64,000 bases of DNA, taken from positions 1,044-65,043 of the forward strand of contig JANMDX010000328.1 of assembly GCA_031376505.1 (NCBI GenBank), given 5' to 3'. The position numbers were made by a program, and so were the translations under genes. Below, piece by piece: positions 1-8,812 of this stretch. The stretch comes from Acidobacteriota bacterium (GTDB taxonomy: Bacteria; Acidobacteriota; Vicinamibacteria; Vicinamibacterales; UBA2999). Position 1 is the stretch's first letter; every line of letters begins with the position of its first letter. The notes under the pieces were generated by a model. It did not search any database and was not told the DNA's origin. It worked only from the letters and a program-made list of their open reading frames with translations.

Positions 1-816
1 ATGCGCCACCATCGTCTTCGACAGTCCCCAGCTCGAAGGACCGAGCGCCTTCATGTGGGTGACCACGCCGATGAGCCCCGCCTTCTCCGCGATCTCGATC
101 ACCTCGTCGACCGCGGCCACCACGCCGACGCCGTAGTCCGCTTCATCGCGGATGTGGCTCGTGTAGCTTCCGCCGGCCCTCGCGGCCTCCTTCGCCATGG
201 CGATGACCTCAGCGGTTTTCGAGTAGCTGCCCGGCGCGTAGTACAGCCCGCTCGAAAGCCCAAACGCTCCGGCACGCATGCCCTCGCGCACGAGCGCGTT
301 CATCCTCGCTTGATCGGCCGGGGTCGGGTCACGGTCTGACATGCCGAGCACGGCATTCCGTACCGAGCCGTGCGGCACCATGAGGCCGACGTTGAGACCA
401 ATGCCGTCGCGCACGTAGCCGGCCCGCTGCGCGGCCAGGTCGACCGGACCACCGCCGTCTGGATTCACGAGCACGGTGGTGATGCCCTGGGCCAGCACGG
501 GCCGTCCCTGCTTCAGGGCCGCGGTGGCCAACCCGGGGCCGGCATGCGAATGGACGTCGATGAATCCTGGCGTGACGTAGCGACCCCTGGCGTCGACCAC
601 CGACACTGCCGTCGAGGCGGAGAGGTCGCCCAGCGCACGGATGCGGTCGCCGGTGATCCCGACATCCGCCCGCCGCGCGGGCCTGCCCGTGCCGTCCACG
701 ACGAGTCCGCCGCGAATGAGCACGTCGAACCTGGTCTGTGCGAACGGGCGAGCCGCACCCGTGGCAAACAGGGCCGCAGAGACAACGCCGGCAGCGATGG
801 TCCATCGAAGGTGCAT
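1..816 (-). CDS. D-aminoacylase (N-acyl-D-amino-acid deacylase)-type amidohydrolase, first 272 codons; C-terminus lies beyond the left window edge
   Basis: Absent from the ORF track because it has no in-window stop. Reverse translation from ATG at 816 gives MHLRWTIAAGVVSAALFATGAARPFAQTRFDVLIRGGLVVDGTGRPARRADVGITGDRIRALGDL...GRYVTPGFIDVHSHAG. This is a signal-like N-terminus followed by the amidohydrolase HxH metal motif and a D-aminoacylase-like opening. Confidence 0.8.
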   Translation of the reverse strand, partial: MHLRWTIAAGVVSAALFATGAARPFAQTRFDVLIRGGLVVDGTGRPARRADVGITGDRIRALGDLSASTAVSVVDARGRYVTPGFIDVHSHAGPGLATAALKQGRPVLAQGITTVLVNPDGGGPVDLAAQRAGYVRDGIGLNVGLMVPHGSVRNAVLGMSDRDPTPADQARMNALVREGMRAGAFGLSSGLYYAPGSYSKTAEVIAMAKEAARAGGSYTSHIRDEADYGVGVVAAVDEVIEIAEKAGLIGVVTHMKALGPSSWGLSKTMVAH

Positions 817-1200
817 GGTGAAGGCCTCGCGCAGTGGGGAAGGAGGCCGTTCCTACACCCGGTCCACGCTCCAGCCGCATTGTAGCGACCCCAGGCTCGA
901 CTTCGTCGGTCCGGTGGTGCCCTCGGGATCTGCAGGCGTCTGCCTCGGTGACCGATACGTTGGTCAGCCGCTCACGGTCGCTTGGTTGAGGGCCTATTGA
1001 GCGGTTGAACGTCACTCACCAATGTCCCACGACCTTCGCACCGTCGTTCCCGCGCCCGTATGCCCGCCCTTCACCTGTCGGACACGGGCGACGTCGTGGG
1101 GAGACCTCTCGGCTGACCAGGCCGACGGCTTCGCGCCAAGCGACGACACGGATGTGCCGGGACCCGACCTGAACGACGACCGCGGCTACGGCCACGGCGT

Positions 1201-2454
1201 CTAGCGCGGCGGCGTGGCCGCGGCGGTCTTGCGCGGGTACTTCGTCGCCACGTAGTCGTCCACGAGCGCCTGAAACGCCGCGGCGAGCTCGTCGTAGCCG
1301 CCGCGCAAGGTCGAGTGGTGCTGCCCGTCGATGAAGACCGGACACGTCGGCGCCTCGCCCGTCCCGGGCAGAGAGATGCCGATGTTGGCGGCCTTCGATT
1401 CGCCGGGCCCGTTCACCACGCACCCCATGACCGCCAGCGTCAGCGTCTCGACGCCGTCGCGGGTCGCCTTCCATTCGGGCATGCGCTCGCGGATGTAGGC
1501 CTGCACGCGTTCGGCCAGCTCCTGGAAGGTCGAACTTGTCGTACGTCCACAGCCTGGGCAGGCCGTCACGCTCGGCGCAAACGTACGCAGTCCCATCGCC
1601 TGCAGGATCTCGCAGGCGGCGTAGACCTCATCCCGTCGATCGCCCCCTGGCCGCGGCGTGAGCGACACGCGAATCGTGTCGCCAATGCCCTCGTTGAGCA
1701 AGGCCCCAAGCGCGGCCGCCGACCACGTCAGTCCCTTGATGCCCATACCGGCTTCGGTCAGGCCAAGGTGCAAGGGCTGCGTCGTCCGCTTTGCGAGGGC
1801 GCGATACACCTGGATGAGATGTGTCGGCCGCGAGACCTTGCACGAGATGATGATCTGGTTGACGGTCAGCCCGCTCTCGAGCGCGAGTTCCGTGGACTGC
1901 AGCGCCGAGAGCACCATGCACTCGTTGACGATGTCGTCAGAGGTCAGGCCGAGCGCGCGGTCGGTGTTCTCCTGCATCTTGGCCATGACCAGCTCTTGGT
2001 TGAGCGAGCCGCCGTTGACCCCGATGCGTACGGGTTTGCCGTGACTTGCCGCCACCTCGCAGATCGTCGCGAATTGCTCGTCGCGTCGCGCGCCGGTGCC
2101 GACGTTGCCGGGGTTGATGCGGTACTTGTCGAGGGCTGCCGCGCAGTCGGGATGTCTCGTGAGCAGCAGGTGGCCGTTGTAGTGGAAGTCGCCGATGAGC
2201 GGCGCCGTGCAGCCGGCATCCCGCATGCGCTGCTTGATTTCGGGCACGGCGGCGGCGGCGGCGGGCACATTGACGGTGACGCGCACCATCTCTGATCCGG
2301 CCTCCCAGAGCTCGAGGCACTGCTGCGCCGTGCCGGCCGCGTCGGCCGTGTCGGTCATGGTCATCGACTGCACCACGACCGGCGCGCCGCCGCCCACCGT
2401 GACGGGTCCGACCTTGACCGGCACCGTGCGGTGCCGTCCGGTGAGCTGAATCAT
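1201..2454 (-). CDS. ispG: 4-hydroxy-3-methylbut-2-en-1-yl diphosphate synthase (IspG/GcpE)
   Basis: Track ORF 1201..2559 trimmed to the internal ATG at 2454 ([22 protein letters not shown]...). Motifs: [24 protein letters not shown], and C-terminal CPGCGRT ... GCVVNGPGE cluster cysteines. Confidence 0.95.
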   Translation of the reverse strand: MIQLTGRHRTVPVKVGPVTVGGGAPVVVQSMTMTDTADAAGTAQQCLELWEAGSEMVRVTVNVPAAAAAVPEIKQRMRDAGCTAPLIGDFHYNGHLLLTRHPDCAAALDKYRINPGNVGTGARRDEQFATICEVAASHGKPVRIGVNGGSLNQELVMAKMQENTDRALGLTSDDIVNECMVLSALQSTELALESGLTVNQIIISCKVSRPTHLIQVYRALAKRTTQPLHLGLTEAGMGIKGLTWSAAALGALLNEGIGDTIRVSLTPRPGGDRRDEVYAACEILQAMGLRTFAPSVTACPGCGRTTSSTFQELAERVQAYIRERMPEWKATRDGVETLTLAVMGCVVNGPGESKAANIGISLPGTGEAPTCPVFIDGQHHSTLRGGYDELAAAFQALVDDYVATKYPRKTAAATPPR

Positions 2455-2464
2455 CGCGCGGCCC

Positions 2465-2698
2465 CTAGTTCTCTTCCCGCCAGCCGTCGCCGAGCAGCGA
2501 GATCTTGATGTCGTCGGCGCGAAAGAGCGCCACGTCCAGTCCCTCGAAGTTCTCCGCACGGTCCATGACGTCGTTGACGAACACGGTGAGCGTGCTCCGC
2601 GGATCGCCCGGAATGATCACGGCCCGGGCGTGTTCGCCCGCAGGGCTCCACAGCCGCCACAGCACGGTTGGACTCGAGGTGTCCATCCCGGGAATCAT
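2465..2698 (-). CDS. small hypothetical protein (77 aa)
   Basis: Compact ORF 10 nt upstream of ispG and co-directional with its neighbours. Amino-acid composition is not Arg/Pro-biased. No family recognised. Confidence 0.45.
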   Translation of the reverse strand: MIPGMDTSSPTVLWRLWSPAGEHARAVIIPGDPRSTLTVFVNDVMDRAENFEGLDVALFRADDIKISLLGDGWREEN

Positions 2699-2736
2699 AC
2701 CCTGCGAGGCCGCCGTCAGGTCCGCGGAACCCGCGG

Positions 2737-3270
2737 TCAGGAGGTGGTCGACGTGCGCAGCGCGGCGGTGTAGGCCGAGGATTGCCCGCGCGCAATCGAC
2801 AGCGTGGTCCAGGCGGAGCCTCGCACGTGCTTGGCCAGCAGCACAATCTGGTACACGTGGCCGGCGTAGTGACTGAGTTGCCGCGTGAGTGCGGCCAGCA
2901 CGGTCTGCGCCTCGCCGCGGATGGTGACCTCACGTCGAAGGTCGTCGTCGGTGAGTCCGTTGAGCGCGCTGAACAGCGTGGCCCAGCCCTCTTCCCACGA
3001 GGCGAGCAGCTGCTCGCGCGCGAGTGCCGGGGGGTCGAACTCGGCGTCGCGGTTCCGCCAGGGCTTCTCGCCGTCGGTCGTGAGGAAGTCGGTCCAGCGC
3101 GATCGCATATTGCCGGCCAGGTGCTGCATCACCATGGCCACGCTGTTTGCCTCGGCGTCGAGCCGCACGTGCAGCTGCTCGTCGAGCAACTGCACGGTCG
3201 CGCGGTCGGCCAGGCGCTTGGTCTTCTGGAACTCGAGGACGAACGCGGCGACCACCACCTGGGGCCCCAC
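2737..3270 (-). CDS. DinB/DUF1572-family four-helix-bundle protein
   Basis: 177 aa with the DinB-like layout: MQHLAGNMRSRW near the N-terminus and LSHYAGHVYQIVLLAK near the C-terminus (His-containing helices). Confidence 0.7.
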   Translation of the reverse strand: MGPQVVVAAFVLEFQKTKRLADRATVQLLDEQLHVRLDAEANSVAMVMQHLAGNMRSRWTDFLTTDGEKPWRNRDAEFDPPALAREQLLASWEEGWATLFSALNGLTDDDLRREVTIRGEAQTVLAALTRQLSHYAGHVYQIVLLAKHVRGSAWTTLSIARGQSSAYTAALRTSTTS

Positions 3271-3273
3271 GGC

Positions 3274-3966
3274 TCAGTCCTGGTCCTTGTCCCGGTCCTT
3301 GCCCTCGGCCGCGTCGGCTGCGGCATCGGCCGCTTCGGCCGCTTCGGCCTTCATGAAGTCCGGCAAGTCGTCGTCCGTCCCGGCGGCCACAGCTTCGTCG
3401 TCGAGGCCGTAGACCCGACCCGTGAACTTGGTCGGAATCGGCCCCTTCGGGCCGCGTTCTTTCTGGGCAAAGCCAGGCTTCGGGCCCTTCTTGCCTTTCG
3501 GCGGCGCGGGCGGGCCGAAGTTGCGCGAGCGCGCGATGGCTGCTTCGGTGAGCGGCGGATCACCGGGCTGAGGCCGGAACCCGCCGGGCCGCGGGGCATA
3601 GCCGCCGCCGGTTGACCCCGAGGAGAACCCGCCGGGACGGGGCGCGCCCATTCCTGGGCCGCCGGGTCGGGGCCCGCTGAATCCGCCTGGACGTGGCGGC
3701 ATCGGGCTGCGATCGTCGCGGGCGCGGGCTTCACTGACGGCGAGGGGGCGACCAAGGAAGAGCTGTCCGTCGAACCGCTTGACGGCTTCTTCAGCCATGG
3801 CGCGTTCGGCGTACTCGACAAACGCGAAACCCCGGGCACGGCCGGTTTCGCGATCGAGCGGTCGCACGATCTGCGTGGGCAGGCCCACCGACGCAAAGTG
3901 CGAGCGGATGTCGTCTTCAGTGGCGTTGTAGGGCAGATTTCCGATGAACAGTCGAACGGCTGGCAC
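3274..3966 (-). CDS. RRM-domain RNA-binding protein with a Gly/Pro/Arg-rich repeat region and an acidic tail
   Basis: RNP2 LFIGNLPY and RNP1 RGFAFVEY in the first ~85 aa. These are followed by four PRPGG(F/P) repeats and a D/E/A-rich C-terminus. Confidence 0.9.
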   Translation of the reverse strand: MPAVRLFIGNLPYNATEDDIRSHFASVGLPTQIVRPLDRETGRARGFAFVEYAERAMAEEAVKRFDGQLFLGRPLAVSEARARDDRSPMPPRPGGFSGPRPGGPGMGAPRPGGFSSGSTGGGYAPRPGGFRPQPGDPPLTEAAIARSRNFGPPAPPKGKKGPKPGFAQKERGPKGPIPTKFTGRVYGLDDEAVAAGTDDDLPDFMKAEAAEAADAAADAAEGKDRDKDQD

Positions 3967-4168
3967 GGCTGGTTACTCTGGGAAGTCCGAGCGGGGGCTC
4001 ATGGGTTGACGACGGATCGATGTCTCCACGCGCATGTGGGGTTGGGGCGACGGGTGTGTGCGCAGGGATTGCGTCAGGTGAGTCGGGACGCGGGGAGCCA
4101 TCAAGATCGCAGAGCTGTTCTCGGCTGAGGGAGCATAGCAGGAAGACCGGGCGTCTGCAATGTGGGCG

Positions 4169-4432
4169 TCACGGCCGGGCGTTGCCGGGCGGAGCCGATA
4201 GCGCCGCCAGGATCTCTTCGAGCGCCGCCTTCCGCTGCCGCAGCATGTCACGGTGTAGAGGCCGGCACGCGGCCTGCAGCTGAGTTGTGGTTTCGGCCAG
4301 CGCCAGTGCCGTCGACTCGGCCTTGTGCCGCCGGTCCAGTTCCGCGGGCGAGGCCAGTGGCCCCGGGGCAACCCTGGCGCCAGAGTCGGCCTGCTGCGAT
4401 TCCACGGCCTTGCTTTCCCAGCCCCGAGCCAT
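4169..4432 (-). CDS. small hypothetical protein (87 aa)
   Basis: This is the 3-prime part of the implausible 401-aa track ORF 4169..5374, starting at internal ATG 4432: MARGWESKAVESQQADS...LEEILAALS. It does not overlap the rhodanese gene and sits in an otherwise empty interval. No family recognised. Confidence 0.4.
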   Translation of the reverse strand: MARGWESKAVESQQADSGARVAPGPLASPAELDRRHKAESTALALAETTTQLQAACRPLHRDMLRQRKAALEEILAALSAPPGNARP

Positions 4433-4744
4433 GACCCCAGCATACCAGCCGTAGCTGTCAAATGGCGGCCGCCAGAGTGGCCGGTGTTGCAGCCGCTGAG
4501 GTAAACTACCCGGGCTCCCCGCCGGTCCTGTTCCGTGCACGTCAACCCGGCCGTTGCTCGGCGCGTGCCACCAGCCTCTCATGTCTGCCACCACCGCCCG
4601 ACCCAGCCGCGGCGCCATGCGGCCTGATGCGCTGGTGTCGCCGGTCCAGGTGGGGATGTCCCTGCGCATGCGGTCAGACCACCCTCGCGAGTTCGCCGTG
4701 ATGGACCTCGCCCGGCACCTCGTCACCTTTTCGGAGCGGATCGG

Positions 4745-5617
4745 TTGACCGTGCAGGGCGCGCCGGGCGGCGGCGTGCGGCGCGTCCACGGCGACGAGGC
4801 CGCGGCCCTGCTTGCGGCTGGCGGGCTGACCGTGGTCGACGTCCGAACACTCGACGAGCACGCGCAGCTCGGGCATCTGCCGGATTCGCGGCTGCTGCCC
4901 GTGCACTTGATGATCTCGGCGCCAGCCGTCCTGCCCGACGATGGCCGGCCCGTGCTCGTGTACTGCGAGCACGGCGTGCGCAGCGCACATGCGGCCAGCC
5001 TTCTGGCAGCCGCGGGCTGGGGCCTGGTCTACGACCTGGCCGGAGGGATGGCGGCCTGGCGCGGTGCGCGGGTGTTTGGCGCGTCGGCCGTCGACGGCCC
5101 GGCGGCGTGGATCCTCGATAACGGCGATCTGGTGCGACCTGGCATGCGCGGACTCGACGTGGCGGCAGGGCGGGGCCGGCATGCGCTGTTGATGGCGGGC
5201 GCCGACGTCGCCGTCACCGCCATCGACCGCGATCCGGCGCGCATGTCGAGGCTGGCACAGCTGGCCGCGCGGCTCGGCCTGTCGATCGACACGCAGGTCT
5301 GCGACCTCGAGCGTGGTGACGTGAATCTGGGCGAGGCACAGTACGACCTCGTGATCGTGACGCACTACCTGCATCGGCCATTGATGCCGGCCATCGTGCG
5401 TGCGGTCGCGCCTTCGGGCGTGCTGCTTTACGAGACCTTCACCACCGCGCAGGCCGCGCGGGGAAAGCCGACCAATCCCGACTATCTGCTGGCACCAGGT
5501 GAGCTGCCGCGGTTGGTGGCCCCGCTCGACGTCATTCGGCAGCGTGAAGGGGAGGTCGACGGCCGGATGGTGGCCAGCGTGGCCGCGGTCAACGCGCCGC
5601 GGCGGCCGGCGTCGTGA
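4745..5617 (+). CDS. rhodanese domain fused to a class I SAM-dependent methyltransferase
   Basis: N-terminal rhodanese fold with active-site loop YCEHGVRS (Cys-X4-Arg). C-terminal methyltransferase fold: LDVAAGRGRHAL motif I, DLVIVTHYLHRP, VAPSGVLLYETF. TTG start at 4745, 8 nt after GGAG; GTG at 4751 is an alternative. Confidence 0.85.
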   Translation: MTVQGAPGGGVRRVHGDEAAALLAAGGLTVVDVRTLDEHAQLGHLPDSRLLPVHLMISAPAVLPDDGRPVLVYCEHGVRSAHAASLLAAAGWGLVYDLAGGMAAWRGARVFGASAVDGPAAWILDNGDLVRPGMRGLDVAAGRGRHALLMAGADVAVTAIDRDPARMSRLAQLAARLGLSIDTQVCDLERGDVNLGEAQYDLVIVTHYLHRPLMPAIVRAVAPSGVLLYETFTTAQAARGKPTNPDYLLAPGELPRLVAPLDVIRQREGEVDGRMVASVAAVNAPRRPAS

Positions 5618-5981
5618 GCGCGTCGACCGCGTGCCGCCACGCCGCGGTGATTCGTGCGGCGGTGACGCCGTGGTGCGAGCTGTGCCAGGTCACGGCGCCG
5701 CGCGCGACCACGAGCACCTGGGGCGATTCGTGCCGCACGCCGAGCCGAGACGCGATGCGGGTCGACAGGGCACGGTGCCGCTGCACCACGAGCTGGTGCA
5801 AGGTCGCTGGCACAGCGCTTCCCTCGAGATCGTCGCGCACCATGAGGCTCACGCCGCAGGTTTCGCTATGCTTGAAGAGAATGACGGGCTCGACATGGGA
5901 CGCCGCCAGCAGGGTATCGAGGTCGCCGTCTGAGGCCAGCGCTCTGAACGAAGTCACCACGCGATTGTACCGCGGGCTCAT
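5589..5981 (-). CDS. ytxJ: YtxJ-like (DUF2847) thioredoxin-fold protein
   Basis: Trimmed to ATG 5981. PVILFKHSETCGVS single-Cys motif and C-terminal SPQVLVVARGAVTWHSSHHGVT match the bacillithiol-system YtxJ pattern. Confidence 0.75.
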   Translation of the reverse strand: MSPRYNRVVTSFRALASDGDLDTLLAASHVEPVILFKHSETCGVSLMVRDDLEGSAVPATLHQLVVQRHRALSTRIASRLGVRHESPQVLVVARGAVTWHSSHHGVTAARITAAWRHAVDALTTPAAAAR

Positions 5982-6552
5982 CCTGGTGCTCGCGCTCGGG
6001 TTGGCAGTGCCAGGTGCCGCGGCGGGGCAGGACGTCGTGACGCGGGGCGCCACCGAGTGGGCGATCACGGCCAGCGCCGCGCGCGGCGTTGGCCTGCTGC
6101 AATCCGCCGGCGGCGAACGCTATGCGATGCCGACCTGGTCCTGGGGCCGCGTGCTGACTGACCTGCGCGGCCCGGCATTCGCCCGCGGGCGGTTCGAATG
6201 GGCCGTGGAGGTGTCGCCGCTTGTCGTGGAGTGGTCGTCGGGCCGCGCTCGCGGCATGGGCCTGTCGCCGTTGCAGTGGCGATGGAATCTGGCACCGCGC
6301 CATGGCGTCCACGCTTTTGCCGAGGTGGGCGGTGGCGCGCTCTGGACCACCGCGCCAATTCCAGCCGGTACCACCGGCAGTAACTTCATGACCCACGCGG
6401 GCCTCGGGTTTCGCCTGCTCGGCGGACGCTCCGGCGGCCTGGTGGCCGGGTATCGCCTGCACCACATCTCGAATGGCAACCGATTGCGGCGCAATCCCGG
6501 CGTGAACGCCCACCTGCTCATGCTGGGCTACACGCACGTGGCGCGCCCCTGA
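5965..6552 (+). CDS. PagL-like lipid A 3-O-deacylase / acyloxyacyl hydrolase, outer-membrane beta-barrel
   Basis: Signal peptide LYRGLILVLALGLAVPGAAAGQ from an in-frame TTG at 5965 (start uncertain). C-terminal GYRLHHISNG...NPGVN catalytic His-Ser region typical of the PagL family. Confidence 0.6.
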   Translation: MYRGLILVLALGLAVPGAAAGQDVVTRGATEWAITASAARGVGLLQSAGGERYAMPTWSWGRVLTDLRGPAFARGRFEWAVEVSPLVVEWSSGRARGMGLSPLQWRWNLAPRHGVHAFAEVGGGALWTTAPIPAGTTGSNFMTHAGLGFRLLGGRSGGLVAGYRLHHISNGNRLRRNPGVNAHLLMLGYTHVARP

Positions 6553-6559
6553 CGCGTCC

Positions 6560-7330
6560 ATGCAGCTTGCCCTGCCTCTGATACCCGCTTCGTCCCTGCT
6601 CGAGGCCGCCACCACTCCGGTGTCGCAGCCCTCGAACCGGCCCTCGTTGCCGGGTGCTCAGGGGCCCCTGCCGCACGCGCCGCCCGAGATCGAGTTCGTC
6701 CGCCGGCGCGGCGCCCGTCGCTACATCCTGCGCGTGATGGACGACGGGACGTTGCGGGTGACGGTGCCGTGGTGGGGCAGCCGGCGGGAGGCCAGGCAGT
6801 TCGCCGAATCGCAGGAGGCCTGGGTCGCACGGCAGCGGGCTGCACGGTCGGCCCGCCCGGTGCTGCCGTGGGGCGCCGCCGGCGCCGTTCTCGTCGACGG
6901 CGTGCCGCACCATGTGACCGATCTCGGTGAAGGCCGCATGGCCCTCGGCGCACATGTCGTGGAGGCGTGCGTGGCGCCGGGCGGTGATCCCGGTGGCGCC
7001 GTGCGCGCCTGGCTGCGGGGGCGGGCCGTCACGCACTTGCCGGTCGAGTTGTCCGCGTTGGCCGAGCGTCACGCCATCGACGTGACGCGGATTGTGATTC
7101 GCGACCAGCGCTCACGCTGGGGGTCGTGCTCCAGGCGCGGCACGATCTCGCTCAACTGGCGCCTCGTGCAGACGCCGCCGTTCGTGCGAGAGTACGTGCT
7201 GTTGCACGAGTTGATGCACCGCCGCGAGCTGAATCACTCCGCGCGTTTCTGGCGCCTGGTGGCGGCCGCCTGTCCACGCCACGTCGACGCGCGACGCTGG
7301 CTGCGCGACGAAGGCGCGTTGCTGTTCTGA
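6560..7330 (+). CDS. YgjP-like M48/DUF45 zinc metallopeptidase
   Basis: RSRWGSCS...ISLNWRL and HELMHRRELNHSARFW (HExxH) are hallmark DUF45 motifs. Confidence 0.85.
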   Translation: MQLALPLIPASSLLEAATTPVSQPSNRPSLPGAQGPLPHAPPEIEFVRRRGARRYILRVMDDGTLRVTVPWWGSRREARQFAESQEAWVARQRAARSARPVLPWGAAGAVLVDGVPHHVTDLGEGRMALGAHVVEACVAPGGDPGGAVRAWLRGRAVTHLPVELSALAERHAIDVTRIVIRDQRSRWGSCSRRGTISLNWRLVQTPPFVREYVLLHELMHRRELNHSARFWRLVAAACPRHVDARRWLRDEGALLF

Positions 7331-7354
7331 GTCGCGCCGCGCGTGCGGCGCTGG

Positions 7355-8812
7355 TCAGCTGGTGCGGGGCGGCGTCGGGGCGGGGGCGGGCGTCTTGGTG
7401 GCGAAGCCTTTGCGCGTCATGGCGCCCCAATCGGAGCGGCCACGCATGTACTTCACGAGCCCGCGTAGCCGCCAGTAGACCGTCATCTGCCGGAAGCCGA
7501 GGTTCTCGGCAATGCTCCACCAGACGAGCCACGCCAGATCGCCAGGCCGTCGATAGCGCAAGAACGCCGTCTGGTCGAGCAGCAGCGTCGCCACGCTCAG
7601 AATCAGGCCGATGCCAATCGCCAAGGCGAAGAACAGGAGCGCGAACGTGCGGTCGATGAGACCCACGGCAAGCGAGGCCGCCAGAATGACGAGGCCCAAG
7701 GCCTCCACAATCGGCGCCAGCAGCTCCACCAGCACGAAGTAGGGAAACACGACCAGACCCATCGCGCCGTACGTCGGATTGCCGATCAGGCGCCGATGCC
7801 GCCACAGCGTGTCGGTGAGACCGCGGTGCCAGCGGTCACGCTGGCGGCCAAGCACCCCCCACGACTCCGGCACTTCCGTCCAGGCCGTAGGATCGGGTAC
7901 GAATACGACTTTGCTGGCCGTGCCGCGCTCGTAGCCGAGCCGTCGCAGTCGCACCACGAGTTCCATGTCCTCGCCGACCGTGTCGTGCAGCCAGCCGCCG
8001 GACGCGATCATCGGCTCGCGGCGGAACAGCCCGAACGCCCCGGAGATGATGAGGTTGCCGCCCAGACGGTTGAGGCCGAGGCGTCCCAGCAGGAACGCGC
8101 GCAGGTACTCGACCACCTGCACACCCGCCAGCAACGAGCGCGGCACCGTGACGTCGAGCACACGGCCGTTTTTGGTCTCGACGGCGTTCACCGGCCGGAT
8201 GGTGCCGCCGGTGGCCACCACGTTCGGGTCGATCATCATCGGCCGCACGAGACGCACGAGCGCGCCCCGCTCGATGAGCGTGTCGGCGTCAATCGCGCAC
8301 ACGAGGTCGCCGCTCGCCAGGTTCAAGCCCACGTTGAGCGCGTCAGCCTTGCCGCCGTTCAGTTTATCGACGACGACCAGATTGGCGTGGCGCGCCGAGC
8401 GGTAGAGCGCGACGACGCCTTTCGTGTGAACCCGCGCCGAATACGCCCGGTAGACCTCGACCAGAGCGAACTCCTGCGTCAGCACGGCCACGGTGGAGTC
8501 CTTGCAGCCGTCGGCAACCACCACGACCTCCAGATTCGGATAGTCGAGCGTGAGCAGCGACTGCACGCTGGCGGTAATGGTGGCCTCCTCGTTGTACGCC
8601 GGGGCCAGGATGCTGATGGTCGGCGCGAGCCGTGACCCGACCACGATGTGGTCGTTGATCCCGATGGCCTCGTTGCGCATGCGTCGCATCTCGAATACCG
8701 CGGCCACCAGCAGGCCCGTGTAGCAGACGTTGATGAGGCAGAAGTACACGAGCACGGCCGCTTCCACCGGTCCCATGACAGCCTCGACCGCCACGGCGAG
8801 GTACCACATCAT
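7355..8812 (-). CDS. processive family-2 glycosyltransferase (PgaC/IcaA/NodC-like membrane synthase)
   Basis: N-terminal TM segment, ILAPAYNEE, VVVADGCKDST, AIDADT and GRQRDRW (QxxRW), then several C-terminal TM helices. The start codon overlaps the upstream stop (ATGATGA at 8809-8812). Confidence 0.9.
   Translation of the reverse strand: MMWYLAVAVEAVMGPVEAAVLVYFCLINVCYTGLLVAAVFEMRRMRNEAIGINDHIVVGSRLAPTISILAPAYNEEATITASVQSLLTLDYPNLEVVVVADGCKDSTVAVLTQEFALVEVYRAYSARVHTKGVVALYRSARHANLVVVDKLNGGKADALNVGLNLASGDLVCAIDADTLIERGALVRLVRPMMIDPNVVATGGTIRPVNAVETKNGRVLDVTVPRSLLAGVQVVEYLRAFLLGRLGLNRLGGNLIISGAFGLFRREPMIASGGWLHDTVGEDMELVVRLRRLGYERGTASKVVFVPDPTAWTEVPESWGVLGRQRDRWHRGLTDTLWRHRRLIGNPTYGAMGLVVFPYFVLVELLAPIVEALGLVILAASLAVGLIDRTFALLFFALAIGIGLILSVATLLLDQTAFLRYRRPGDLAWLVWWSIAENLGFRQMTVYWRLRGLVKYMRGRSDWGAMTRKGFATKTPAPAPTPPRTS

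Noticed and set aside
1022-1204. 60-aa plus-strand ORF with high third-position GC in the ispG / D-aminoacylase spacer.
   Set aside because: It has no ribosome-binding site, no recognisable family, and overlaps the ispG stop. High GC3 alone is weak evidence in this genome. It is left unannotated but could be checked by conservation.
4554-4748. 64-aa ORF ending in a TTGA overlap with the rhodanese-methyltransferase start.
   Set aside because: The composition is plausible, but there is no motif, no clear RBS, and several alternative starts. The evidence is insufficient to call it a leader peptide or gene.
4169-5374. Long antisense or alternative-frame ORFs throughout the window. Examples: 4169..5374, 12108..12776, 13499..14773, 33585..34769, 38308..39276, 40738..42444, 47184..48869, 51049..52971, 57442..58635 and 60845..61729.
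   Set aside because: Each lies opposite or out of frame to a CDS with clear family motifs. Their products are dominated by Arg, Ala, Gly and Pro, as expected for shadow ORFs in very GC-rich DNA. None shows a recognisable domain.
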